DNA of 64,000 nucleotides, taken from contig JAVBLL010000008.1 in the NCBI GenBank assembly GCA_031553555.1, positions 149,202 to 213,201 of the forward strand, given 5' to 3'. The DNA comes from Bacilli bacterium (GTDB lineage Bacteria > Bacillota_I > Bacilli_A > ML615J-28 > CAG-698). Below, piece after piece: positions 29,328 through 44,000 of the stretch. Made by a program: the position numbers and the translations under genes. Each line of letters starts with the position of its first letter. Position 1 is the stretch's first letter. The notes beneath the pieces are model-generated. The model saw only the letters and a program-made list of their open reading frames with translations, searched no databases and had not been told where the DNA came from.

Positions 29328-30425
29328 TTAATTCTTAAAGAACTTCTTTACTTTATCAAAGAAAGTTTCATTAGTTTCATTAGTTTTACTTAATTTACTA
29401 AAAATACCTTTTTGTTCTGAGCTGAGTTTTGTTGGCGTAATAACTTTTGCCGTGACATACAAGTTGCCAATTGTTCCAGTGCGTCCATTTTTTATCCCTT
29501 TATTAGGAATTCTAAACTTGGTTCCACTTTGGGTTCCTGATGGAATTTTTAATGAACATTTACCATCTAAAGTTGGTATTTCAATAGAATCACCTAAGGC
29601 TGCTTGACTAAAGGTAATTGGCATATCCATTAGCAAATTCATGCCATCACGCTCAAACAATTCATGAGGTTTTACATTAATTTCAATGTATAAATCTCCT
29701 GCTAAACCGCCATTTTGTCCTGCTTCACCTTTTCCAGAAACTGTTAATGTTTGTTCATTATCTATTCCTGAAGGAATTTTAACTTTTAGCTTGCTAGTAT
29801 TTCTAATACGACCTTCGCCCTTGCATGTTGTACATTTATTTTTGATAGTTTTTCCTCTACCATTACATTGTGGACAAGTAGTCTCAGTTTGAATACGTCC
29901 GAACAATGAATTTTGTTCAACAACTACACGGCCTAAACCACGACATTTTGTACAAGATTCTATATCTTTTCCAGACATTGCGCCAGTACCACTACAATCT
30001 TTACATGTATCAAGTTTAGTAATCGATATTTCTTTTTCAACTCCAAAAGCAGCTTCTTCAAATGTTAGTGTTATTTCTGTTTTTATATTTCTCCCACGAA
30101 TTGCTCCGCCAGTTCCTGATTGTCTCGTTCTACCGCCACCAAAAATGGAAGAGAATATATCCTCAAAACCACCAAAACCTCCACCGCCAAAACCACTTCC
30201 CATATTAGGACCATCATGACCAAATTGATTGTATTGCTCACGCTTCTGTGGGTCACTCAAAACATCATATGCTTCTTGAATTTCCTTAAATTTTGCTTCT
30301 GCATCAGGTTCTTTGCAAACATCTGGATGATATTTTTTAGCCAGTGTACGATACGACTTTTTTATTTCATCATCACTTGCTGATTTGCTTACTCCTAGTA
30401 CTTCATAATAATCTCTTTTGGCCAT
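29328..30425 (-). CDS. dnaJ: Molecular chaperone DnaJ
   Basis: J-domain with HPD (YHPDVCKE), G/F-rich linker, four CxxCxGxG zinc-finger repeats. Confidence 0.92.
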   Translation of the reverse strand: MAKRDYYEVLGVSKSASDDEIKKSYRTLAKKYHPDVCKEPDAEAKFKEIQEAYDVLSDPQKREQYNQFGHDGPNMGSGFGGGGFGGFEDIFSSIFGGGRTRQSGTGGAIRGRNIKTEITLTFEEAAFGVEKEISITKLDTCKDCSGTGAMSGKDIESCTKCRGLGRVVVEQNSLFGRIQTETTCPQCNGRGKTIKNKCTTCKGEGRIRNTSKLKVKIPSGIDNEQTLTVSGKGEAGQNGGLAGDLYIEINVKPHELFERDGMNLLMDMPITFSQAALGDSIEIPTLDGKCSLKIPSGTQSGTKFRIPNKGIKNGRTGTIGNLYVTAKVITPTKLSSEQKGIFSKLSKTNETNETFFDKVKKFFKN

Positions 30426-30440
30426 TTTAAATCACACCTT

Positions 30441-32832
<2,392 letters not shown>

Positions 32833-32849
32833 ATCTATATTTGATATTA

Positions 32850-33851
32850 TTAATATTTATTTAAATGTTTAGCAATATAATCAAGCAATGGTATGACTTT
32901 TTGATATTCCATACGTGTTGGACCAATAATGGCAATAGCACCATGACGACCATTTTTATCATGATACGGTACGGTGATTACTGTACAATCTTCCATTGCT
33001 TTAATTTCATTATCTTGACCAATTTTGACAGTTATACCTTGATTATTCATATTAACAACTTTAAATATTTCACGTTTCTCCATCGCCCTAAAAATATTTC
33101 TAACTTTATCAATATCTTTAAACTCTGGTTGATTCAATATATTTGTTTGTCCAGACATAAAGTAATTATCTTGAACCATATCACTCATTGCTCTAACAAA
33201 TACACTTACTAACTCATCGTAATACTCAACATTAGCTAAAATATCTTCTTCGGATATCTTTTCTTTTAAACGATTATCAATTTCTACAATCGGACAATTA
33301 TATAATGTTTCATTTAATAAGTTAACAACTTTTTCAATATCCCGAAAATTAATATCTTCTGGAATTAATATCTTTTTACTTTCAACATATCCTTGATCAG
33401 TTACCATCACAATAACCGCTGAGTTTTCATTTAATTTAACAATCTGAAGTTGTTTAATTAAAGCGTTGTATGCGCCACTCCCCAGAACAACGGAAGCATA
33501 GTTTGTTAAATCAGATACTAAAGACATTGTTTCACGAACCGCTTCTTCTTTACTAGATTCATTTCTTTTGAAAATTTCATCTATCATTGGAAACTCATCA
33601 TCGTCCCTATTTGCCATTACTTCGCTCACATATAGTTTATAACCTTTTTCTGATGGAACGCGTCCACTTGATGTATGAGTTTTAATGAGTAATCCTGCAT
33701 CCTCTAGTTCAGCCATATCATTTCTAATTGTTGCTGAAGAATAACCATATTCTAAAAGTTCCGCAATAGCCTTTGAACCAACTGGTTCAGCAGTGCGAAC
33801 GTATTCTTCAACAATCCACTTCAAAATTTGTTTTTGCCTTAATGTAATCAT
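32850..33851 (-). CDS. hrcA: Heat-inducible transcription repressor HrcA
   Basis: Start at MITLRQKQILKWIVEEYV… with an AGGAGG RBS. The longer ORF-track start would overlap the CIRCE operator. Winged-helix N-terminus plus HrcA C-terminal domain. Confidence 0.85.
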   Translation of the reverse strand: MITLRQKQILKWIVEEYVRTAEPVGSKAIAELLEYGYSSATIRNDMAELEDAGLLIKTHTSSGRVPSEKGYKLYVSEVMANRDDDEFPMIDEIFKRNESSKEEAVRETMSLVSDLTNYASVVLGSGAYNALIKQLQIVKLNENSAVIVMVTDQGYVESKKILIPEDINFRDIEKVVNLLNETLYNCPIVEIDNRLKEKISEEDILANVEYYDELVSVFVRAMSDMVQDNYFMSGQTNILNQPEFKDIDKVRNIFRAMEKREIFKVVNMNNQGITVKIGQDNEIKAMEDCTVITVPYHDKNGRHGAIAIIGPTRMEYQKVIPLLDYIAKHLNKY

Positions 33852-33865
33852 GTTACCTCCTATCG

Positions 33866-33892
33866 TTAGCACTCTATGCGTTCATTTGCTAA
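33866..33892 (-). promoter_or_regulatory. Second, half-degenerate CIRCE-like element (TTAGCACTC-N9-ATTTGCTAA) at the hrcA transcription start / leader
   Basis: The left arm matches the CIRCE consensus exactly. The right arm is ATTTGCTAA versus consensus GAGTGCTAA. Confidence 0.4.
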
Positions 33893-33893
33893 T

Positions 33894-33922
33894 ATTATAT
33901 AATAATCTATTAGCACTGTCAA
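33894..33922 (-). promoter_or_regulatory. Sigma-A promoter of hrcA-grpE-dnaK-dnaJ operon (TTGACA-17-TATAAT)
   Basis: Minus-strand read: TTGACAGTGCTAATAGATTATTATATAAT. The -35 box sits inside the upstream CIRCE. Confidence 0.5.
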
Positions 33923-33936
33923 TAGTTTAGTGCTAA
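33910..33936 (-). promoter_or_regulatory. CIRCE operator (HrcA binding site)
   Basis: TTAGCACTG-tcaatagtt-TAGTGCTAA is a 9-bp inverted repeat with 9-nt spacer. It matches the consensus TTAGCACTC-N9-GAGTGCTAA at 16 of 18 positions. Confidence 0.75.
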
Positions 33937-34000
33937 TTTTAAGGTTTAATTAAGTGAAAATGTTTTCAAAATATTAAATACTAATTAATAATTAGTAATC

Positions 34001-34052
34001 AAAAAGCTCTATAATCTTTAAACTTTTAGTTTTTAGATTATAGAGCTTTTTA
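34001..34052. terminator. Strong hairpin terminator ending the upstream LRR/TasA-like operon (and insulating the hrcA promoter)
   Basis: AAAAAGCTCTATAATCT-loop-AGATTATAGAGCTTTTT, ~15-bp perfect stem flanked by A and T runs. Confidence 0.55.
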
Positions 34053-34061
34053 ATTTTATCA

Positions 34062-34748
34062 TTAATAAGTTGATTTAAAGAAAACAAGCATTTTTTCAAT
34101 TTTAAATTCTTTATGTTCTTCAACATATATTTGATAATTAAGTTCTTGAATAAAATTAGAGGACACCTTATCATCATATGTACTAATTAACTTTGAAAGA
34201 CTTAAACATGAAAGTTGAAAGAAAATTGTCATTGTGCTCCCAGGTGCAAGACCATCATATGTGAAGAATGGCGTTTTAAAACTACCATCTGATTTTATCA
34301 GATTAGGCATATACTGTCCGCCTTCTACTTCTACTATATTATCCGGTTCTGAATCAAGACAATATCTAATATTTTCAAATGCGAATATTTTAATTAAAAC
34401 AAAGCCAGCCACATCACTAACGCCTAGTTCAACCTTAGATTTTACGCTACCTGTGTTTTTAACAACAAATTTATAGCTAAGTACTTTGCCAGAAACAACT
34501 AAAGCGTTATTAGTGACATCGCTTGATACATATTTATATATATCCTCCCCGTTTTCCTGGTCTAAAATACCATCTAGATTATTATCTAAGCCAACATACA
34601 AATCAGCTGTTCCAGAGACGTCACCGCTAACTACTACTACTTTTTGGGTTTCTTTGATTAAAGGCATCCATGCATACACAACCATAACAAACAAAAATAA
34701 AGTTGCGAAAAGACTGAAAATTGAAAATATTAATTGTTTTTTCGTCAT
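34062..34748 (-). CDS. Small TasA/camelysin-like secreted protein with SipW-cognate-type signal peptide (last gene of operon 1)
   Basis: 228 aa. N-terminus KKQLIFSIFSLFATLFLFVMVVYAWM has a hydrophobic core followed by a (T/V)YA(W/Y) motif, as in the TasA/CalY signals (GGGTFAYFSD). The mature part reads VSGTADLYVG… YKFVVKNTGSV, paralleling TasA ASGTLDL… FQFENNGSL. Confidence 0.45.
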   Translation of the reverse strand: MTKKQLIFSIFSLFATLFLFVMVVYAWMPLIKETQKVVVVSGDVSGTADLYVGLDNNLDGILDQENGEDIYKYVSSDVTNNALVVSGKVLSYKFVVKNTGSVKSKVELGVSDVAGFVLIKIFAFENIRYCLDSEPDNIVEVEGGQYMPNLIKSDGSFKTPFFTYDGLAPGSTMTIFFQLSCLSLSKLISTYDDKVSSNFIQELNYQIYVEEHKEFKIEKMLVFFKSTY

Positions 34749-34752
34749 ATTA

Positions 34753-37700
34753 TCAACTTCCTTTCTCTATCATTATTTGACGATAGGCAATTGTATTATC
34801 ACTTAATGACGTCACTTTTAAATAAACAGCGAAAGCATTGCCAACAGCGCTTGCTGTAATTGCAAAACTTTGAACATTACCAGTTGTATTTTGAGAATAA
34901 ACAAAGTCATCAGTAGTCAATAGAATTTCTATAGTATATTTTGGACTAACATCTTTTTGATTCATATTAATATCAAAATTACCTAAATTAATAATTCCAT
35001 CTGCAGGAATAATTTTATCATAACATAAAATAGCATTAACAGCTCTATGAACAGCCAATTCACTATTACCAACAACTATTAGAGCATTGTTTGTGTTATA
35101 TACAATGACTTTGCGTTCCAATAATTCAATGTAAGTCGCCTTATTCAAAGCGCCATTTGTTCCATAGGCATCAGCAATTGTAACATCATCTTTGCTACTA
35201 TCATAAAGTCCCTCAACAGTATTAGCAGCAACAATATTATTACCAACATAAGCATATTTTAAGTTCGACAATCCTAATAATGGACTAAAAATTGCGATTT
35301 TATTATTTTCTATATTTACCTCTACTAAAATAGGCATTTTTTCGATACCACTAATATCACTTAAATTAGTTTGATTATTTAAGCTTATCTTTTTGATTTT
35401 TCGATAAAAATACGAATTGCTACCATTTAATAAAGATGTAATACCATTATACGATAAATCTATTTCTTCCAATTCTATTAACTGTTGAAAAACTATCAAA
35501 TCAGAATCAATAAGCCCACAATTACTAGCATACATTTTAACAATTTTCAAACCTGAAAGGTTTGCCAACTTATTAGTTCCTGTTAATGGATTATTATTTA
35601 AATTAAGAATAGATAGTGATGTTAAGTATTGCATCCCGCTAAGATTTTTGATACTCAAATCACTAATATCAAAATTGTCAATCAAGATAACAGAATCACG
35701 AAAAACATAATTAAATAATTCATTATTATTTTGTAATCTTCCCCAAATAGTTTCGCTATAAATACCAGCTTTATATTGAAGGATTTTGGATTTTATGGCA
35801 TTATAAAGATTAGTATCTTTATATGGTTCACCATCACCCAAACGATAAATTCCAGGAATCGTAAAGTAATATTCTTGAACTACTTTCGCTTGATTAGGAA
35901 CAATAATATTTGCAGTTATACTAATAATAGTGTTAGTAGTTGGAATAAAGTTTTTGTTAATAATTATTTGAACCATATTTTCTGTTTGAATAATTGAACA
36001 AAAACTCAAACCTTTGCTATCATCTGCAAATTCCAATTCCACTTCTATTTCATTTAATTTACGTTCAAATTCAAAACCAGTTATAGTATACGCATTATTT
36101 GTAAATACACTTTGCAAAATTTGTTGCATATTGACCAGTTCATCATCACCACCACTACCACCTTTGGCAGGTATTGTAATGTTATATAAATGTTCTGTAA
36201 CCGTATTATTATTCCATTTAACCGTAACTTTTAAATCTAATTTTTGTTTTTCAGTAATTTGAAAGTTTAAAAAACTGGAAACTTTAACACGATCAGCAGT
36301 TGGATCAGTAAAATCAAAAATTAAACGATTGTAAAACTGCTCTGATAACGTTTGATCTGCAATAAATTCATCAGTATCTTCATTTAAATTATAAGCTACG
36401 ATATCGTATTCTACACTAGCGATTCCAAATAATAATTTCAAGTCAGTAGTAAATAAATCATAAAAATCTTTTTCAACAAAATATACTGGACCAAAAGCCG
36501 AATTTAATTGTTTTTCTTTTTCAGCTTGGGTGCATCCTTCAATTGTAATTGTTAAAACTTTAGTTGCAGTATTAGTAGTATCTTTCTTTGAATAAGTTAC
36601 TTTTATATCAATATTAGTATCAATAATAGCCGACCTAATCAAATTCATTATATTAGTATTAGAATCGTAAACAACTAATTTATTACTGCTCAATTCATAA
36701 TTTAATGTCATATCTTCATCAAACATACTGACTGCAGGAAGCATTATTCCCGCAGGAAATGATCCTCTGTCCATAATGCTATAAATAATTCGGTTGATTT
36801 CACGAATAGTTTGGTTAAATATACAATCATCCGTATTTCCCACTATGACTAAATTATAATCCATACTAGCATTTTCAAATGCTGAAACAGGTGTGTCATT
36901 ATACTTCAATGAAACCGTTAAGACAACATCTCTATCAGTAGACCCCCTAGTAATATGACCATTTGCTTGTAAATAATCAATATTAGAGGAACTATAATTA
37001 TATGTAATTGGATAATTGAAAAATGTTTTTGGTAAAACGATGTCATCCATAATAGCATATTTAGTTGTATTATTTTCCACGAAATCATATAAAAACAAGC
37101 TTTTCAAATATATTTGTGCAGCCTCAGCCGCAAAAATAATTTTATCTTCACTAGCATTACTAAAAACATCAATAAAGTTTGATGAATTAGATATTAAATT
37201 CATATCACTAAAATTATAAAAACAATTTGGGGCGCTAATTTTTAAGATTTCATTATCATTATCAATTCCACCACCACTAAGAGCATTAATATAATATACT
37301 CCATAATAATGATGTTTTATGTTTACTGGAGCTGATAAAACTAATGTATTATCAAGCAAATCAATTGTTGATGGAAGGTTAATGACTAATTCATCAACTA
37401 TCTCTAAGTCATTCAATAAAATAAAATGTGGTATTCTAGTTTTTGTAGATGATTTATCATTTAAACTAAAACTATTTAAATGTTTACGAATATCAAATTC
37501 TTTATTAATATAACAATTTGTTGATTGCTCATCTTTGCTAGATTCTCTATATAAAACATAAACGCTTAAGTTAGCATCAGCAATTTCGTTATTAGTTGAA
37601 TTGATTATATTTAAATCAATAGTGACCTTATTCTCAATATTAGGTTTTAATTCACTTTCACTTTCATAAAATAAAACAGTTTTATTTTGAATCATCACCA

Positions 37701-38007
37701 TTGAATTATCTTCATATTCAATTTCCATTCCATTGACATTTGTTTTTAAAACAATATCATAATAAACTTTTACATCTCCTGTATTATATAAATCTATTGA
37801 ATAATTAATAGATGAGGAGGATGAAATTGTTGGTAAAGATATTAAATCATAATAATTATTTGAATCATTAATTGTTAATTTGTAATTCCCTGTACTAATA
37901 TTATACTTTTCGCTTATTGCCACTTGAACAAAGACATCCGCAGCATAAACGATAACAGCAGATAATACAATCGTTAGAAAAACCATTAAAACTTTTTTCA
38001 ATTTCAT
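34753..38007 (-). CDS. Giant secreted protein: TasA-type signal peptide + TasA-like N-domain + internalin-type leucine-rich repeats
   Basis: 1084 aa. N-terminus MKLKKVLMVFLTIVLSAVIVYAADVF, then INYSIDLYNTGDVKVYYDIVLKTN (TasA-like strand pattern). LRR block (LSILNLNNNPLTGTNKLANLSGLKIVKMYASNCGLIDSDL… LSYNGITSL… LSDISGIEKMPILVEVNIENNKIAIFSPLLGLSNLKYAYVGNN). No LPXTG. Confidence 0.55.
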   Translation of the reverse strand: MKLKKVLMVFLTIVLSAVIVYAADVFVQVAISEKYNISTGNYKLTINDSNNYYDLISLPTISSSSSINYSIDLYNTGDVKVYYDIVLKTNVNGMEIEYEDNSMVMIQNKTVLFYESESELKPNIENKVTIDLNIINSTNNEIADANLSVYVLYRESSKDEQSTNCYINKEFDIRKHLNSFSLNDKSSTKTRIPHFILLNDLEIVDELVINLPSTIDLLDNTLVLSAPVNIKHHYYGVYYINALSGGGIDNDNEILKISAPNCFYNFSDMNLISNSSNFIDVFSNASEDKIIFAAEAAQIYLKSLFLYDFVENNTTKYAIMDDIVLPKTFFNYPITYNYSSSNIDYLQANGHITRGSTDRDVVLTVSLKYNDTPVSAFENASMDYNLVIVGNTDDCIFNQTIREINRIIYSIMDRGSFPAGIMLPAVSMFDEDMTLNYELSSNKLVVYDSNTNIMNLIRSAIIDTNIDIKVTYSKKDTTNTATKVLTITIEGCTQAEKEKQLNSAFGPVYFVEKDFYDLFTTDLKLLFGIASVEYDIVAYNLNEDTDEFIADQTLSEQFYNRLIFDFTDPTADRVKVSSFLNFQITEKQKLDLKVTVKWNNNTVTEHLYNITIPAKGGSGGDDELVNMQQILQSVFTNNAYTITGFEFERKLNEIEVELEFADDSKGLSFCSIIQTENMVQIIINKNFIPTTNTIISITANIIVPNQAKVVQEYYFTIPGIYRLGDGEPYKDTNLYNAIKSKILQYKAGIYSETIWGRLQNNNELFNYVFRDSVILIDNFDISDLSIKNLSGMQYLTSLSILNLNNNPLTGTNKLANLSGLKIVKMYASNCGLIDSDLIVFQQLIELEEIDLSYNGITSLLNGSNSYFYRKIKKISLNNQTNLSDISGIEKMPILVEVNIENNKIAIFSPLLGLSNLKYAYVGNNIVAANTVEGLYDSSKDDVTIADAYGTNGALNKATYIELLERKVIVYNTNNALIVVGNSELAVHRAVNAILCYDKIIPADGIINLGNFDINMNQKDVSPKYTIEILLTTDDFVYSQNTTGNVQSFAITASAVGNAFAVYLKVTSLSDNTIAYRQIMIEKGS

Positions 38008-38018
38008 CTCTCCTTTCT

Positions 38019-41000
38019 CTATTTAATTTCTATAAATATAGTACGTTCCATACTAACTTCAGCATTTTCTGAATTTATGAAGTTCACACGAACAGCAATT
38101 TTCGCAAAAGGCGTTTCATCAGTAAATGGTATTATTTCCATAACATTATCCTCAATTTTAATATAGGATGATGTTTCCACTATATTATATTTTATAGCAT
38201 ATTCCTGACCGCTGTGGTTAATAGAACTATTCAAGTTAACTTTATAAACTCCATTAACAATAGAATCTTTATTAATTGTAATTATAAAGTTATCAGTATC
38301 AAAACTTGCTATGCCAGTATTTGAATCAGGCAATTCTATTTTACTTAAAATTTCAGCGGCAACAACCGATCCAGTGACACTAATAGTTGGTACAGTTATA
38401 GTTACAGTAGGACGATATAATTTAAACCAATAATATAGATAAGCATAATTTTGAGTATCCAATATATTATTTGTCTGAGCAGTATTTAAAGTAATTGATG
38501 TAATCTTAGAAAAATGCGTCAATAAAGTTATATCTGGCATTAGTCCAAAACAAGTGAAGGTTGTTAAAGAATCTTTTGAACCTTCTAAAGGACGAAGATC
38601 AATAACACCAATATGACCAATATTAATAGTACTTGAAATATACATTGAAAATGTTACTAACTTCATATTTTTAATTGGAGTTAAATCGACAGCCTGAGTA
38701 TTAATTAGCGTCAATGATGTCATATTCTTAAAAATTTCTAAGCCTTTAATACTAGTAATTGTATAACCACTATGAGTACCCGATGTTTCACCAGTATAAC
38801 TAAAAACTGTATACGCCAAAATTTCTACTTGTGATAAAATATATTTATTACTAACTTCACCAACATCTTCAATATCAGTAGTTCCTGTAATATTACTATT
38901 GCAAGTAGCTGTATTCATAAGAATAGCAATTAAGTTCATATCTTCAAACACATCTTCAGCCTTCTCATATGTATCAGTTGATGTTTCAATATAGTATTGG
39001 TCAAAAATATAAGATGTATCTTCTTCGTTTAATGTGTAACAAGTAGTATTACCTAAATCCTTACCAGTAGCATTACTATATACAACTTCATTATTGCATT
39101 TTACGGCAGTAATTTTTGGACTTATTATGAATGAAACTGCATCTAAAGTACCAATATTTAATATATATCTTTGATTAGTTGCATCAGCTGTTAAAGTAAC
39201 TCCAGCCTGAGCAGTAGTATAAGATAAATAAAATTCATAATTACCTAAAGTTATAACACTTGGCAGATAATAATCATTGTTTTGAGCGAATTTCTTATTA
39301 TAACTTATAGTATCAGCTGTAGTCATACCAAGCGTATATCGTAAAGCCGCCAAAAACTGAGCAGCACTAGCTGTAGTAGTAGCATTTGCACTATCATATA
39401 TCATATAACGATAAACCAAACTATCTAAATGTTCTTGATAATTATCAAAATATGTATTTACATAATAAAGCGTGCTCGCTGATGTATATCTTCGATAAGA
39501 AAGATTAGTTGTATAAGTATTAATTGATTTTGCGCCATTACTAGTACTAATATTAAACAACCCTTTTGTTAAACTAAGCATCTGTGGAATATAGTTATTA
39601 TCAAGTTTTGGATAATATATATAATTATTATACTGAAAATTAACCAACTTTGTAAGTCCAGCAATGTATTCCATTGAACTCTTATTTGATGAATCCTTAT
39701 CCTTAGCAAGATCAATTGAATTAGTATTTGTCAGATTTAAAGTAGTTAAGTTAGCATAATATTTTATATTAACCAAACTTTTTAATTGTTGACATCCTGT
39801 TAAGCTTAATGTTGTAATAACAGATTGATTGCTTGCATTAAGATATGGAATAGGGATTTCTGTTATCCTTTGACTTTGCAAAGTAACACTAGTAATTTTT
39901 TTGAAATATTCAATTCCCTTTAAATTAGTCCAGCCATTATTATGTTGCGCTGTGACACCAAAGACAGTTCCTGCAGTAATCGATGTTATACCATCGCAAT
40001 TAGCTATTGTAAAAGTATTATTCGCAGGATTTGGTGTATTTGCCAATAAACGTCCTAATAAATAGTTACTGAATGCCTCATCAGGGAAAGCCGTTCTATT
40101 TGATAAGGATATAACTTGAACTGTTGGGCTGCCATCGGCCTGATATTGAATAAAATATTCATCAGTAGTTGAAGCAGCATTAGTTTTGCTAAAATTTAAA
40201 GTAATATACAATGCTACATCAAAGCCATTATAGAAATTAATACTTGCATTAGTTTTAATAATACCTGTAACAGTAGAGAAATAACTTGTAGTACCATAAA
40301 CTGTGCCTGCCGGAAACATTAAATAATCATAATAAGTGATATTCAATAAAGTATTGCTATCAGAATATAAAGTAAAATAATTAGTTTCATTACCATTAGT
40401 TCCTCTGACATTGACAATATATTCAGTTTTTGGTGTTAATTTTTCTAAATCATAAACTGGATACCCTTCTACTAATGCAGCATAGCCATATCCTGAATTC
40501 AAAGTTTTTATTCCATTAACTAAAGTATAATACTCATAAGTATAACGATATTTATTACTAACATATTGAATTTGATAGATATCTTCAAAAGTATTAATTA
40601 TATAATCAAGTTTAGTTAATAAATTTTCACCTGCAGTTGCAGTTCCACCGTTTGTTGATAAAGCAAAATTCAAGCTAGTCGAACTCATGCCCTTTTCAGT
40701 AACTAATATATCAACTAAATCTCTCATAATATAAATACCTGTAATTGAGGCGGATATATTAGTAAAACCTAAATTTAATGTATTTAGCAATACTATACTA
40801 TTATCATTACAATCATTTTTCAAAGCAATTAAAGAATCTATGTCAATACCATAATTGTAACTTAAATTAAGTGAAGTTAACGTATTAAGACAATTTTTAA
40901 AGACTGTTGTTAAATCACTTTGACTAGTATCAATAATTGTGTCTATGGCATTTTGAGATAAATTAACAGTAACTAAATTTATCAATTTTTTTATTGATGA

Positions 41001-44000
41001 TATATCAGAAATACTATTATTATAAATAGTCAACGTAGTTATTTGAGGCATTTTTTCAAGTGGCGTAATATCAGCAATAAAATTACTATACAGTGATACG
41101 CTGGTAGCACTAGTAAACATTTGAATACCCGAAATATCAGTTAATCCTTTTGTATTTAATGATATTGATGCAATACTACCTATACCCGTAGAAGCTTTCG
41201 AAGCCTCAACATCAGTATAACTATATGAACCAAAGATATTACCTACTGAATTATAAGTGACGTTGGCAAGAACGTTATACATTAATGTCTTCTCTTTAAT
41301 ATTAGCAATTGTATAATAGTCATAAGCATATAAATTAGCATTCACAGTATAATTGCCAGTTACAACGGCATTACCAAAGGTAACTGTATTATCAATACTA
41401 ACCGTTTTTATAATATACTTGTTCATAGCTGTTAAAGTAGGCACTTTTTGAAAATATGTATTATTAGTCTCGTTTTCTGTATATGCAAGCGAACCGCCAT
41501 GAATAAACATATATCTAAACTTAAGAACATTAGTACTACTTAAAGCATAATCAAGTTCCAAATTATACCCAATAACCGCAACAATAGATATTGCAATATC
41601 AATCAATGGAGTAGCAGTAATATCTACTACATAGTACTCTTCGTCATTGATTTCAACAACTCCCATATTTGATAAATCAAACAAAGCAACGTAAGTATCA
41701 TCCTCAACAAAAATAGATTGTTGAGTAGTTCTATTTCCAGCATTGGCAGCTGAAGATTCATAGAAATATTGAATTTCATATTTAACATTTTTATCATTTA
41801 CATAACTACTATCAGCATCACTAGATGTAGCCGTTCTCATAGCATAAACATATTTTGGCAAGTAAACTTTATCTCCTGCCTTCAACATATGTTGCTGAGT
41901 AATACTGCCATCAGCTTTTTGATATACTAAACTGTCATATGCAATATAATTATTTGAGCCATTCTTTTTAATGAACGGTTCAATTCCCGTAATAGCATTT
42001 TTCAAAGTCAACCATGATTCTTGACGAATAACTAAAAGTTCCTCATCATCATCATCAATTTCATCAGTTTGTTTTGTATTTGCATCATAAAATCTAAAAT
42101 CAAGTTCACGATCAGGAAAGGTTTTTCTAATATTATTATATAAAGATATGAATCTATCGATATTTGATTGGTAAGTTAAAGCTACCGTATTACCATATAA
42201 ATATAAAGTGTTTAGGTTAATGTTAGGTTTTTCTCCTTCTTCTAATCCGTTAAACTTTTCGTTAAAAGCTGATAAGAAAGACATTATATAAATATTACAT
42301 GTTGTAACTTGCAGTTTTTCTAATTTAGAAAAACTACTAATACTATTTTCAACAGAAATATATTTACAAGCATCAAAAATCATTATTTTTAATTGGTTAT
42401 TTAATGAGTCTAAACATGCTGTTGACATAGTTGTATATTTAATTGTTAATGATGTAATTTTAGACCCAGTATAGGCCATATACAATTCAACATCATCATA
42501 TGCAAGATTTGTCATTCTAAGTAAAGTCACTGTTGTAAGATTAGTTAATAATTCTAACCCTTTTATTGGCGACAAATGCATGCCATCTTCGCCCATTACA
42601 TCAGTTCCACCTTCTACACTAACAGATGTAATATATTGTAAACTATTACTATCAACAAATAAATATCCAGTATCATCATCAGTTTGAATAGTACAATTAT
42701 CAATAATTTGATAACGTAAGCTTCTATTTGGGAAAGCTTCATTTAATGGAATAAAACTACCATCATCCGCCTTATACATTAACTCATCATTATATTCTAA
42801 ACGAACTTCAATATAATATGTGAATGTTAAATCATATGATTTGGCATTTGTATTAGCCATAGAAATATAAAAAGACGTAGTATATGGAAAACATTTTGTC
42901 AAAGTAATACTGGCATCAGTTCCACCAACATTCAAGAAACTACTAACATCAATTGTATTATACAATGAACTATACGCACAAACTATTGGAACCAATATAT
43001 ACGTATCGTATGCTTCCACTCTCAATTGATTATTAGCAGCAATAACATATTTTTGGTTAAGTTTACTCAAACAAATAATTGATGGTAAATTAAGTAACGT
43101 TCTTTGAAGTGGAATTAACCATGGATTCCATATAACGGTATTACTATCTTTATATATTTTAATACCTTCATTATTAGTGTAAACCATGAACAATCCAGTC
43201 AATACTTTTTCATCCATCAAGCCAAAGGAACCATATACATAAAATGTTTCCAAATTTTCAAGTGATGCTAATATTGAATAATCAAAACGAGCATTATTAA
43301 CGTATAAATTTTTCAAATAAACTAGTGCATTAATTTCATTAAAAGCATTATTAGGATTATCTAAATTATTATTTCTGACATCCAAATTTTGAATACAATT
43401 TACAAAATAATTTAATCCCGTCAAATCCATAATACCTCTACTGTTTAAATCAAGAGAAATCAGATTAGTTGGATTTAAATCATCTTGTGACAATACATAT
43501 TTACCAGGAATAGTAGTTCCATTTATTATGAAATCACCATCATTATCAGTATTAAATGTATTAAATAAGATATTTCTTAAAATTGTATCAGGAATAGCTT
43601 TCTCTAAAGAAATAAATTCACCATCAGGAGTTTCAATAAAATAAGCAGGATCTTCAAGCGCTTTAACACTAACTTTAATCAATCTATTAATAGTACTTGT
43701 TCCTGATGCAAAACCAGTAACTGTAGCATATAAAAAGATGTCAGTTTCACCAATTTGATTGTAAATATGATATTCACGATTAATGATTTTTAAAATCAAT
43801 TCATCACTACTAGTCCAGGCAATACCATATGTGGTAGTCTCCGTGGCATCTTTATATTTATATTCAGTAATTAAATTCATAACGTCATATATTGAGGAAA
43901 TTTCTTTAATGCCAGACAATATTTTTGCGGCAATCAATTCATCAGAACTTGGAATATATTTCGTAGATGTGCTTTGGATATATATGCTAATGCTATCATT

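Noticed and set aside
33992-34177. 61-aa minus-strand ORF
   Set aside because: Overlaps the 3' end of the 228-aa TasA-like gene and consists largely of the terminator hairpin sequence; spurious.
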